Source of the DNA: Camelus ferus
Taxonomy: Eukaryota
Assembly (NCBI RefSeq): GCF_009834535.1
Contig: NC_045696.1
Location: 1,054,001-1,118,000 of the forward strand
DNA: 64,000 nt
Reading direction: 5' to 3'
Position numbers and translations under genes: made by a program
Part shown: piece by piece, positions 1 to 12,040 of the stretch
Position numbering within the stretch: position 1 is the stretch's first letter
Layout: every line of letters begins with the position of its first letter
Notes under the pieces: model-generated
Database searches by the model: none
Told to the model about the DNA's origin: nothing
What the model saw: the letters and a program-made list of their open reading frames with translations, nothing else

Positions 1-27
1 AGCGGCCACAGGCTGAGGGACACTCAC

Positions 28-81
28 GCGGAGGCTCTCCGGGTCGCCACCAAAGCCGGACCCCTCCATGTCAATGAAGGT
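28..81 (-). CDS. COL18A1: Exon 13 (54 nt): TFIDMEGSGFGGDPESLR, non-collagenous interruption with DMEGSG GAG site
   Basis: Acceptor ctttcccctcag; donor GTGAGT. Confidence 0.95.
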
Positions 82-399
82 CTGAGGGGAAAGCCCAGAG
101 TCCTGTCACCAGGAGCCCAGACCGTCCCCTGCTCAGCCTGCGCCCCTGCACTGCCCCGTGGCCCTCACCACGCAAGACTTTCACAGTGAGAATCAACGAA
201 GTGACCATGGGCTCCCCGGCCAAGAAGAAAACACCAGAGGGAAGGCAGGCAAGGCCCCGGCCCCTCCCCGAAGTCAGAGGCAACTGTCCCAGTCCTGGAC
301 ATCCCGCCCCGGGAAGGCCAGTGCCGGATCTGAGCACGGCGGGAGGTCCCTCTGCAGGGGACAGCAGGCAGACCCTGTGGTGGAACAGGGAGGGCTCAC

Positions 400-486
400 C
401 AGCTTGTCGTATCTGAAGGAGGGTCCCGGTGGCCCTGGAGGCCCTTGGGGTCCTGGGGGTCCCCTTGGCCCAACCCCAGGATCCCC
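400..486 (-). CDS. COL18A1: Exon 12 (87 nt): [29 protein letters not shown]
   Basis: Acceptor ttctgtttccag; donor GTGAGC. Confidence 0.96.
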
Positions 487-583
487 CTGGAAACAGAAGA
501 CCCTGGTCACATCAGGTGCACGACGCCACCTCAGGTCAGCAATGGAGACCAGGCACGCGCCCGCCCCACGCCCAGCCAGGTTA

Positions 584-682
<99 letters not shown>

Positions 683-1773
683 TCAGGAGGAGGCCCCTCC
701 GTCCCCTCCCTGGCTGAGCCACCAACGTGGGGCTCCGTGCCCCCAGAGCAGTGCCGAGCAGACAGGGCTGGGCCCTCCCAAGGCAACTAGGACATCGTGG
801 GGGTCGCAGGTGGGCACCACCGATCTCGGAGACGTGAGGCCCCCCAGCGGGGTGACTACAGCGTCCCACAGACACCCCGCCGGAGGGTGGACGCTCTGCC
901 CATTGCATGTGTGTGCGCGCCCACGTGTGCTGGGGGCACCATGGACTGCAGTGCTCACGCGTACACTGCCCGGGTGAGCGGGCAGAGGCCGCACGGCCTC
1001 AAGGACCTCAATGCATTTGAGCCTCCACGCCCCGGGCTCCTGGACCGGAGGCTCCAATGCACCCTGATTCAGCGAGCTTGGTAATCCTGGGTCCCGGACT
1101 CCGCGTGCTCACGCGCACACGTGCACACACGTGCGCTCTCACTCTGCCCGGGCCCCCACCACGCTGAGCAAAGCTGCGTCCTCAGGTACGAAGAGGCTGG
1201 GGCGAGCCCCGTGTCAACACACAACCCCCCCTCCTGACCTCCCCGCAGGCCCCCCGCCCCCCGCCACTGTTCTCTGCGCTGTTGTTCCCCAAACCTCCGC
1301 TGGAACCTTCCTGTGTAATTTTTTTGTTCCTTGGAAATAGCACTTCGATCTTTAAAAATCTGAACTGAGTGTTTTACGGTGTGAACTCTCACACTGACGT
1401 GCCCGAGACGCCGCCTGCGAGCACCTCTCTCCCACGTGTCGTGCCCCGACCCCCACGTCCATCTCTGTTACAGGCTTTTCTCCAAGAGCCTGGAAGCTAC
1501 ACCTTTTGTCTGTCTCCTTGGCTTCCTGGGAGTCCGAACATCTCAGCACACATGCATAGCTTGGTATTTTTCCATCAACACTTAAACTTCTATTTTCTTA
1601 ACAAATATCAAGTTGCATTTTCAAAATGGCTTCACTCTGAAATCTCTCAGTGCGGTGAGTGTGAAGACACACGGGGGGTGGGGGCCGGGGCCGGGGCCGG
1701 GGGTGTGGGGAGAGCCTGAGGGTCTTGCAGGAATGTCACTTACAACTGAGGCTCTGAAAGAAAAGCAACTTAC

Positions 1774-1800
1774 AGGTCTCCCATCTTCGCCGGGGTCACC
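1774..1800 (-). CDS. COL18A1: Exon 10 (27 nt): GDPGEDGRP
   Basis: Acceptor ctctctcccgccttcag; donor GTAAGT; three Gly-X-Y triplets. Confidence 0.93.
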
Positions 1801-2080
1801 CTGAAGGCGGGAGAGAGACCATTAGTGCCCAGCCTGAACATGGAAACGGACCCCCACCCCAGGCCCCTCCGCAAAATGACTCCCCCCCGGAGGGCGGCTA
1901 CGCGCACAGAGCTGGAGCACCTTCCGTCCGGGCGCTGTGGTCTGGGTCTGTGCCCGCTGGCCCTGAGCTGGCTCCGCCTGGACCCCGACCACCCTCCAGC
2001 TCTGCCCCGGGAATGGAGCGGCCAGGATCCTGCTGCCCAAGCGCCCACCCCCACTGGACAGAGGGGAGACGGGTACTCAC

Positions 2081-2266
2081 AGGCTCGCCATCCCTTCCAG
2101 GGGCGCCATCTTTCCCCGGTGGTCCTGGGGGTCCAGGGGGTCCCTGGGGCCCGGGAACAGGCTGTGCATCAGGGCTCTGCACCACTGGTCCCGCAGGACC
2201 CTGGGGACCCGCCGGGCCGGGCAGACCCTGAGCGCCTGGCTCCCCCTTCTGACCCTTCAGGCCTCG
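2081..2266 (-). CDS. COL18A1: Exon 9 (186 nt): first collagenous region [62 protein letters not shown]
   Basis: Acceptor ctttgtccccag; donor GTGAGT; Gly-X-Y repeats with one interruption. Confidence 0.97.
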
Positions 2267-2662
2267 CTGGGGACAAAGAGGAGAGGGTTCAGGCTGGCAG
2301 GAGCCACACACCTGTCCTGGGCTGGGCATGGGGTGGACAGGCACGGGGACACACGCAGGACATGCAAGGTGGACATGTTCAGCGGACACACGTGGGCACT
2401 GGCGGGGGGGCTGCCTGCCGTCCCGCAGACCCGTCTGATCATGGGTTCCCCGTGCTTCAGCCCGGGGGCCTCCCCAGCCCTGGACACCTGGTGGCTGCAG
2501 TGCTCATCACGACCCACCACAACCCACCATGCACCGGGTGTGGGAGAGGGCACAAAGGACACTGTGAGCCCCAGGGCTTCAGCGGGGGCCCCAGTGGGCA
2601 GGCCCAGGACACCGACCACCCTGGGGTCCCCGTGGTCCTGGGTCACGGGGAGGTGGCCTCAC

Positions 2663-2739
2663 CTCTTCCAGGCTGCCCCCAGGGCTCCACACGCTCCTGT
2701 CCCACGCGGTGACGGCGCCTGAGCTGGGGAGGGTCTGAG
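2663..2739 (-). CDS. COL18A1: Exon 8 (77 nt): (A)QTLPSSGAVTAWDRSVWSPGGSLEE
   Basis: Acceptor cctcccccag; donor GAG|GTGAGG; phase 1/0 bridges exons 7 and 9 exactly. Found by hand; this frame is not in the ORF track. Confidence 0.9.
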
Positions 2740-3799
2740 CTGGGGGAGGCACAGGTGGCCATCAGACCCCAGGGTGGCCTCCGCTCACCGCCCCTGCTCC
2801 CAGGGCTGCCCCTGCCCATGGCCCGGTGCTCAGTCCCAGCCGGGCCCAGAGCAGGCGCCCCAGCTCCCTCTGCCTCACACACTCAATCACTCCTCCTCTG
2901 GACGAGTCCTCAGAGTTCGGCTGCTCCCATCACAGCCCTTCTCCCCGAATGCCACATGTCTCCCGAGAGCCAGAGCGTCCGAGAGCCTGACTCGCCTTCG
3001 GGAAATGCAGCAGCGTTCTGCGTGGTGACCTAACACACGCAAGTCTCCCGCGGGCCCTGGGGACCTGCCAGGCCCGGCAGACCCCCTGCGGCTCCTCTTG
3101 GAGGGGTGACGGTGGGGGTTTCAGGACCCGTCGAGGGTCTGCCCGCGGGCCAAATCCACCCCTAGCCTGAGCTAAGGGTGGTTCCCACAGAGCTGTAAAA
3201 GCAACGGAACATGGAGAAGAGCGCCCGCAGTATGGACGCCCGCAGTGTGGACGCCTGGCCCGACACATCGTCCTGCTCGCCTCCCCTCCCCCGCCTGCCG
3301 GTTCACACCCGACTGGGTGTGGTGTGGCATCTTCCCCTTCGCGATGGAGTCGAATCTGGGGCTCCCCGAAAGCTTTCCTCCAATAGTGTCAGCTCTGCTG
3401 AGTCAATTACAAGCCAGGATTCACGCCACTTTTAAACGTCACGTGCTCCTGGGGGCTCTCTGCCCTCGCTGAGTCCTGGTCCTGCTCTGACAGTGCTGGA
3501 CGCTGAGCGTGGGGGCTGGACGGGACACGAGGCCCTTAAACCGAATATGGATGGGCCACCCGCGAGGGGCACACCTGTGGCCGCTCCACGGGGGGACACC
3601 CACCACTGCCTTCGGCCAGCGCCTGCCCCCGGGCACTGCTCAGTGAGCCAGCCTCCTGTCAGTGCCTCCTGGGTGCCCAGCAGCCCCAACCAACCCCGGC
3701 TGCACCCACCGCGGACCCACCATGCATCCCCAGTCGGCCACCAGAGGGCAGCCCTGCCCCGTGCCCGCGTTGGTGGAACCCTCCCAGGCCTAAATGACC

Positions 3800-4420
3800 G
3801 TGATTTAAGGCAAATTTAAAATCCCTGCCCCAAAGAGCATCTAGAACTGCAAACACATCGCTCAGAGAAAGCAAAGACCTAAATGGACAAAAGGAGAGAG
3901 GCCCTGTGTTCTGGAGTCAGAAGACAGCGTTGCCGGCCGCCCAAGACCGTCCCCCAAATTTACCTCCAGCATCAGCAACACTCCAGTCAAAACCCCAGCA
4001 CGCCATCTTGCAAAACCTGACAAACTGAATCTAAAATTCCTGTGAAAACGCGGACATGGAGCACCAGAGCAGGTCTGCAAAGGAAGAGCAGAGCCGGAGG
4101 CCTCACAGCGCCCGGTTTCAGGGAGATTACAAAGCCAAGCGATGGGACCCTGAGGAACAGCTGTCAAGACGGTCAGACGCGCCGCAAACAAAGCAGGGTC
4201 CGGAGAGGGCCCGCACACGCGCAGTCCTCAGCAAAGGCACGGATGCAACGCAGCAGGCAAAGCATGGCCCTCCCGGCAGACCGGGCCGGAGCCCCTGGGA
4301 CGTGGACCCAGCGCGGCGTGTGGGGCCACGTCCAGGGTCCAGGCCTGAGAGGAAGCCTCACCCTGTGGGACAGATGTGACACCAGCGTGAGAGCCTCATC
4401 TAACTGCACCAAAGCCAAGA
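3800..4420 (+). mobile_element. Old, highly diverged L1 ORF2 fragment
   Basis: Remnants such as gacaaactgaatctaaaattcctgtgaaaa and ggaggcctcacagcgcccggtttcagggagattacaaagcc recall the L1 ORF2 DKLILKF..W and GGLTLPDF..YYKA segments. Confidence 0.65.
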
Positions 4421-5844
4421 CCTCACTCTCCTAGGTCACTGCCCACAAAACGACGAGTCAGCCCACAGACCGAGCGTGGTGCAGGAGGCCTGCCTGCCTC
4501 GTCCGACCAGGCTCCGCTTAGCTCGACGACCTCCAGGTCTGACACAGCGCTGTCCGTCAAACACACTCTGATGAAACCTCCAAACAAAGGCGAACAAAAA
4601 ATGACCCCAGACCCGTCAGGCAGCCTCCCAAGGGCCCCAGATGGCCCCTGAACCGGGACCCAGGCCGCAGGGCACAGCGGGGCCGGGGCAGGCGGACCCT
4701 GCGGCCCGGGCGGGGGCGTCCCTCACTCAGGATGCTGGGGACCCGGCCGTGCCCTCGAGAAGCGTCAGATACAACAGGCACACGTCCCCGAGCACTGATG
4801 GAAGGACACAGGGCACGAACAGCGGGGACCCGGGGACAGCGAGCAACTCTCTCCTGTTCTTTCCTGCTCCTGAGCTGGCCGCACTGACACACATTGTTTC
4901 AGTGATTCTAAAAAGCAGTACGTGCTCTTCTCCAAAGTTACAAGAAGTCCGTGCAATCTCCTAAACCTCTGGCGTGAGTGTGGCAGACAGAGCTGTGCAG
5001 CTGTCTCCCTAAGCCCCCCGTCCCCTGGCTGCTGGGTCAGATCTAACCCTGGCACTGGTGCGCAGGGGCCTTGGAGAGTCGTTCACAGGTCACACCTGCT
5101 GAGGTCAGGACAGGAGAGTGTGTGGAACCCCGTCCTCACATCAGGCCCCCACACAGAAGAGGAGGCGGGAGAGGTGGTAGGGAGATCCGGAGGGTGAGAA
5201 GGCCTCCACCTGCCTGGGCTGCTGGGCCGGGAGCTGGGGGTACGGTGGCCTCTCGAACCTGAGAGTGACCCCTGGCTGACAGCAGTGAGGTACCCAGAAC
5301 CTCTGTCCTACAGCCATGGGGGGCGGGACCCTCCATACACCTGAAGGCCAGGAACCCGATCCTCCCGGAGGGAAGGCAGCCCCAGGCGCCGTGTGGGCCG
5401 ACCTTCCACTCGCGACAGCGAGGCAACTTTGTGGCCGCCTGTCACACGGCGACAGGCTGTGCGCTAAGGCACGTCCACCTCCACTGCGTCCCGGGCTCCG
5501 AGTCCATAGGGGCTTCCTGGCCCCAGACACCGGCCTCCTCGCGGCGGCCCTGGGCAGAGGCATCCCTGCACCTCCTCCCTCAGCACTGGCCTCACGTCCG
5601 GGGACTCCGCTGCCCCCAGGCTGGGAAGGGGCGGCACCCTCAGGCCGGTCCCGCCAGCCCCTCGGAGGCAGCAGAAAACACAAGGCAGCGAGGGGTCAGG
5701 TGGGAGCAGACCCCGAAGTCCGGCATGAGTGTGACGGGCGGGAGCCCCTCGCCTGACACACAGAGACACGGACACACGCTGGGCACACACTCCGCGCACA
5801 CGCACACACCGCCGAGGCGCACGGCATCCCCGGAGAAGCTTTAC

Positions 5845-5974
5845 CTCCTAACCAAGACGCCGTGGCTTCCTCCTCGATTTCGTCAGTTCTGGTCTCTTCC
5901 TCGCTGCCAACTCCAGCCAAGGGTGGAGAAGTGACCGGGGGAGCCTCGGGGAGCCTGGGTTCCAGGGGCACGCC
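5845..5974 (-). CDS. COL18A1: Exon 7 (130 nt): GVPLEPRLPEAPPVTSPPLAGVGSEEETRTDEIEEEATASWLG
   Basis: Acceptor cctctgtcctgcag; donor G|GTAAAG; phase 0/1. Confidence 0.94.
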
Positions 5975-7706
5975 CTGCAGGACAGAGGGGAGAACAGCTC
6001 TGTAGCTCAGTGGCGCGGGTGGCCCGTGAGGGCACGTCCTGGTGAGAACGTCAGGTTCAGATGCATCTGATTACAAAGTGAAGTATTCACGTATTTTAAG
6101 AAAGGGAAGAAGAAACCATCAGACTGCTCCTTAGACAGAAGAGACCAGCACCTTCCAGAGCTGTGTTCTTCTGAAGGGCTCATGGGGGTGGGGTGTCCTC
6201 GCCCCGTGAGCTCCTGAGCTCCGCGCACCTGGAGGAATGGACGAGCCCGCCCCCCACCCGGCCCCTCAGAGACCCTCAGGAACCCTGGCTCCTGCCCGTG
6301 GTCTGGACAGTGAGGGGCAGACGGTCATCTCCATCACAGACGCCCACAGACGGAGGGAGCCGCCCGCATTCACCGCACAAGGGAAGCTGTGGCCGCGACA
6401 CGTGCTTGGTGAGGACCATGACGCGGTGACTTCTGCCCACCCCCGACCTGAGGGGATGAGGCCGGCTCTGCTCTGAAAACTGGCTTCCCTGTCCCCAGAG
6501 GCACGTGGAGCCTCGAGGACGTGGGCACAGGTGCACATTCCTCTGTGCAGTGAAGGTGCTTCTGCGACCACTGCTCCCCTTGTGGCACGGGCTCCCTGGC
6601 GACACTGCTTGGGAGACAGTGCGGGCCTAGGTGCTCGGAACCAGCATCCCTGTGAGGCCGTCCGAGGGCTCCCAGAGCCGGACACCCAACCTTCCCGCTA
6701 CAGCCACAGCCCACCGATTCAGCGAAGGTCCCCGGGGCCTTCAGCTGGTCAGCCAGGCCAACACCCCAGAGAAGGAAGCCCGCTCACTGCAGCCTCTGCC
6801 AGGTTTTCTGAAGCAGGAGCTGGCCAAGGATGGCTGGCAGGTCAGGGTGCGGAGGCTGGGGGTGTGTGACAGGGACCCCACTTGGCCTCTGACCTCCTCC
6901 GTCTGCTAAGAGAGGCCCTGTGTCTGCAGCACCTCACTCCTCGGCATCGCTGGGCACCACCGTCCCCGTGGTTCCCCGCGTCCAGATGTGCTAGTCTGTG
7001 CGGAGGCTCCTGGGTGCAATGGTTGAGGACATGCTGGCCACGAGACCCAGGGCAGGGCCGCTGGGGGCATCCACTCACTGATGCCGTGCAGGGGGCTGCC
7101 AGGCACCAGAGCCAGCACCCCAGCGCTGCTGCCCGGAGAGCTGCTCCGGCCACGGCAGGGCCAGGGAGCCTCTCCTCAGGTGCGTGGAGGCCGCCCACTG
7201 TCCGCCCCAGGGCAGCTCAGCACCCGGCCCGTCACGGCCCCTCGACGGCCAAGCCCTGGGAGGAGGCGACATGAGCCGGGTGCTGGGCGGTGGGCGGGGG
7301 GGCAACACGGCTGTCCAGCGGGAGGAGGTGCCGTCCCTGTTGTACCCGAGATGCCCGGCCCTGCCTGTGTCCCGGGGGCGTGAGCTGCAGAGCAGGGCAG
7401 GCCTCACCTCCTGCCCGTCAGTCCCTTACGGCCCCGCAAGCCAACGAGAGATGCAAACACAGGTCAAGGTCACCCCAGACACCCAAGGAAGGTCCCGACC
7501 AGAAACCAGATGGCAAAGAACGTTCCCTCGAGCAGCCGAGAAGGTGCACCCTCGACAGCCTGAGGCCGAGCTCCCAGCTGGCTTCCAGCCGGGGGTTTGT
7601 CTTCGTGACACAGGGAGCCCTCAGGAGTCCCACGCGTGTGCGCACACACATGCCCGACCGCGCTCCACGGGCGCCCGGAGGGCGGTCTCGGCCTCCTAGC
7701 ACTCAC

Positions 7707-7766
7707 CGCCTCCTCCCCGAGACGCTCCCGGGTCCCCTCGAGCCCGCTGCCGAAGTCTCCGGACAC
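7707..7766 (-). CDS. COL18A1: Exon 6 (60 nt): VSGDFGSGLEGTRERLGEEA, Ser-Gly glycosaminoglycan attachment motifs
   Basis: Acceptor ccctgcag; donor GTGAGT; phase 0/0. Confidence 0.94.
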
Positions 7767-8542
7767 CTGCAGGGTTCAGGAGACAAGCCGGTGACCAAAG
7801 CCCCTCGCAGGGCCCGGGAGCCCAGGACGGAGGGAGGCCGGGGTCTCGGGGGCCATCAGGAAGGCACGTGCCAATCAGACGGACCAGAGTGGCCCCTTGG
7901 AGACCAGTCTGGCTCCTGGCCAGACACACAGGGCCACAGAGCAACGCCTTCCTCTCTTGTCACCCTGTTCCTGGGACGCTGTTCTGGGACACGGCCAGGG
8001 AGGAGAGGCCCTGCAGAGGGATGCACCCCTCACGTCCCGCCCGGTCCGTGCACGTGGCTGGACAGCCTCGCTCTGTTCCTAACGCTGTGGTCATGGGGCA
8101 CTGCTGAGATCTGAGGTCCCCCGGGGACACGGCCTTCCTCCTCCTCACCTGTCCTGCACACCTGAGAGCCGGGGTGTTCCACGCCTTAGGCCCCATGTGA
8201 CTACACTCAGCACACGTGCCCACGCACACTCACGCACGTGCACACTCACTCACACGTCTGTTACCGACTGTGTCACCCGCTGGCTGTTTGAGGGGTGGTT
8301 CTAACTTAACCTTCACTCTGTGTCCCGTGTGTGCTTCTAAGTGGGAAGTTCCAAGCAAGGGAAGCTCTTTCTGACGTTACAAGGTAGATAGAAACCTGAC
8401 CCCGGGTTACACGGGCCTGGAACGCCTCTTTCAAAGGAGGCCTTTCCAGTCCCATCACCCTGGGGTTCCAGGAAAGGCCCCACCCCCAGCTGTGTCCCCG
8501 CCAGGGCAGGGAGCCCTGCTCGACTGCAGCAGGGCCACTCAC

Positions 8543-8638
8543 CCCGTCGTCCGCGTCGTCCCGGTCGTCCCCGTCCTCCGGGCAGTGCAAGGGTCTCACT
8601 TGGGGGTCTCCGCGCACCCGCAGCTCTGAGATCAGCCC
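8543..8638 (-). CDS. COL18A1: Exon 5 (96 nt): GLISELRVRGDPQVRPLHCPEDGDDRDDADDG
   Basis: Acceptor ctctgcgttcag; donor GTGAGT; phase 0/0; end of TSPN domain plus acidic tract. Confidence 0.95.
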
Positions 8639-11047
8639 CTGAACGCAGAGGGAGAGAAAGGTCCCCAGGGGGCCGGGGGCAGGAGGCACAGGGTGCAGGC
8701 GGCTGGCAGCCGGGCCCATCTGAGGGCGACTCCAGCAGTGACGTCACTACTCCCTCGTCACCACTGTCAGCGGCACGTGCTCCCAGCCCCGCGCTGGTGC
8801 CAGGACCCGGCGCTGCAGGCGTCCGTGGTCTTGTTGCAGGGGAAGGTGTTAGGGGTGTGCGGTGCACCCAGGTAGGACAGTGAGACCAGGGCGGGCGGAT
8901 GGTGTCCCCGCAGGCCAGGAGGTAGACGCGCTGAGTCGGGGGAGACCAGCCTGTTGTTACACCTGGGCCAGCGCAGACGCTTGTGTCCAGAGCCTAGCCT
9001 GCCTGGCAGGTCCCTCTCGTACGCTCATGCCCCGCCAGACGTAGCTCCATCCTGGCCTCCCCCAGGCTCCTTCTAACCCGAAGGACCGCTTTGGGTGGGT
9101 GCTGAGAGAGCATCCAGCAGGCACGGGGGCCCCTGGGCCCCGGGTAGACCCCAGGGCCAGAAGCCTGGCTGCAGGTGGGAGAGGCCACCCGGGTCTGGAG
9201 CTCCGGTCTGCAGAGGGGCAGTGCCCCAGCCACGAGGAGGGGATTCGGCCAAGGGCAGTGGCTGCCTTGTTCGACAGGTACGTGTCCTTCCTCCCTGGAA
9301 CCCTGGGATGCTCCGACCACCACGGAGGGCGTGTGGAGGGTGTGCGTGGGAGAGCACGTAAGTGTGCGTGTGCGCGAGCACACGTGTGGGGAGCTGCAGG
9401 CCAGGAGCGGGAGTCCTGCAGTCAAGCCCCCACCCTCCTGTGTGGGCAGCACCCTCCCCCCCACCGTCCAGGCTCCAGGAGCGCCCCCGCCCACGGGGAG
9501 CGCAGGCCACACCAGACTGAAGAACGAGGGTGGCCTCTGGGCTCAGGTGGGTCAGCACTCGCTTCATGCTTGGGATGCAAATTCTCAGCCCACCCAGCTG
9601 TACTGAAAGAGGAGCAGGGCGGCCCCAGGTGACAGTTACCAGGCCTGAGAACCCCAGGGAAGTCCCGAGGGGCCAGATACTAAAGTTCTAGAAAGCCACA
9701 CTCTGAAGCTCCCCTGGGGGCACCTGGTCTGTGGCCGTGACTGGGTGGAGGGCACGAGGCTCCTAGCAGGTGGGGGTCAGGGTGCCCGACATCTGTGCAT
9801 GACTGTCCCCACACAGACACTGTCCATGAGGCTCTGAACTTCCGGCAGGCCAGGCCCACTGCAAACGCAGGCCAGCAGGGCTCCGGCCCCCAACACCGCC
9901 TGCCTGTGCAGCCGGAGGTCTCCCGAGGACACGGTGAGCTGGGGAGATGCCAGGTGCACAAAGGCCACGAGGGCCCTTGGCCCCTTGCAAACACTGACGG
10001 ACTTGGAACCAGATGTTATGAAATCCAGACCGTTTGAAATGTGTCCCGTCACTGCCCTGCTAGGGCGACTGGTCTTAAAAGTTGTGTGCAGACGATCAGA
10101 GCCTGAGAAAGCCCATCTCTGGTCACTGGTGTTGGGGCCACCTCCCAGGGACCTCGGCTCTGGGGACCTCCGACCCACCCCTCCTGCTCCGTCTGGAAGG
10201 GCTGTGTCCTGGGTGGGAGCTGCTGCACTCCTGGGCCCACCTTGCTCCTCCCTCCTCTGCTGGCTGACCCCCGGGTTGGCCCTACCCCAGCTGTGGGCCA
10301 CACTGTCACTGTCCCATCTCCTTTACACTTCCTGTACCAGCCTCGACGATTTACGTGAAACTCTCTTACAAGCACCTTTCCCCCCATTCCTCCGTCCCAT
10401 TAAGTCAGGAAATTACACAAATGCTGCAGCACTGTGACCAGGTTACACTACTGGTACGTGCGGCTCCAGGTGGCCGAGAGCGCCAGGGACAGGGACCTTA
10501 GTGCCCCGAGCTGCCCCTCAGTCAGGAACAGCAGGTCTGCCGTGGCTGGACTTGGGGGCCACAGAGGGAGGTCTGGGGGCAGGGTCAGAGGGGGCTGGCA
10601 CTTTCCCTGCCTGCTCCACACGACCAGTCCCGGCACCGAAACTGCCCAAACCCAGCGCGGCTGGTGGGCACCCTCTTGGCTTCAGGGGTCCAACTGGCTC
10701 ACTTCTTACAGAACGTGGCCAACAAAGCCACCTGCTAAGGAAAACTCGTAGCCTCCAGCACCCTCGTGACAGAACAAAGCAGTGCGCGGTCACGGCGAGG
10801 CGCACGGCCGCAGTGCAGGCCCCGGAAGGCCAGGCCACGACTCTCGTCCCCAAGCGCCTTCCTGCCCCTGGCCCAGGACAGGGGGTCCCAAGGGGTCTCA
10901 ATAAACAGACAACTGAACCAAACAGAACCTGGGTAAAGAGGAAGGTAGTTCCATGTCAAGAAAAGTAAACAAGAAAGAGGAAACAGGGACACTTTCAAGA
11001 AAGAGAATCAAGTCAAAAAAATTGAACTACAGAGTACGTGAAAAAGT

Positions 11048-11070
11048 AAAAAAAAAAAAAAAAAAAAAAA
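11048..11070. repeat. Poly(A) tract (A23)
   Basis: Direct read, within an A-rich stretch. Confidence 0.9.
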
Positions 11071-11789
11071 GGAGTTTGCTGACCACTGAAGAAGAGTTGG
11101 AAGCAATGTTCTGAGCAAAATGTTGCAATGACTGGGTGGAATTAGGGATTTCCCAACAGACACTTCTTACCAAACTGACTCAAGAAAAAGAATGAACCTT
11201 GAACAAGGTCGCGCAGACGTTGTTCTGGTGGCAGAACACAAAGGACCTGCAGGGACGTGGGGACCGGCGCTGGGCTGCGGGGTGGGCTGCGAGCTGGGCT
11301 GTGGGGCCGGGCGGTGGGTGGGCGGCGGGCCAGGAGGTGGGCGGGCTGAGGACCGGGCTGCGGGCCGGGTGGTGGGCGGGCGATGGGCTCGCCACTCGTC
11401 TCTGCCAAGGCTTACAAACCACACACGGGAGCGACTCTCTCCCAAGAGCCTCGCCTCAGAAAGGTGGACCAGCCTTGTGCTAAACCCACCTCGTCCCGGA
11501 CCCCCACCTCGGAGACAACATGGTTCTCCTCCCACCTGGCCAGCAGTCTGACCGAACACCCACAGGGGTTCTGAAGCATGAGTGTGCGGGGCCGTGAGGA
11601 GCCCGGCCACACGGCTGGGAGTGGCACACGTGAAATGTGCAGCAGCGCCCACGGGGGCCCAGCTGGAGCCAGACAGAAGGGCCTGGCAGGCCTCTGCTTC
11701 TCTCCTAACCTTCAGCAGTTTTTCTGGGTGTCTTCTCCAGGCCGGATTTAACCACATAGACACTTAAAATGTCCCAATGGTTTAAAAAA

Positions 11790-12040
11790 AAAAAAGACAA
11801 GGTGAAAAAGCAAATGAAAAACTGGGAAATAAAATTTGCAGCAAGCGTGAAAAACAAACGATCAGTGTCTTTCATACGTAAAGAGTTCATACAAACCAAT
11901 AAGAAACCGAACCCATTAAAACAAACACACACAGAATGTAATAAACAGGCCAGTCACAGAGGAAGAAATACAAATAGCCAGTAAACACATGAAGTAGTAA
12001 AGTCTGCCTTCACTGACAACCGAGAGATGCAAGCTAGAGC
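11790..12040 (+). mobile_element. Old L1 ORF2 3' fragment
   Basis: A-rich; actgggaaataaaatttgca and acagaggaagaaatacaaatagccagtaaacacatgaag match the WEKIFA and EEIQMANKHMK segments. Confidence 0.7.

Noticed and set aside
10940..11140. A-rich stretch with A23 as a possible processed pseudogene tail
   Set aside because: No recognisable upstream mRNA-like sequence or TSD; more likely a decayed LINE or low-complexity DNA.
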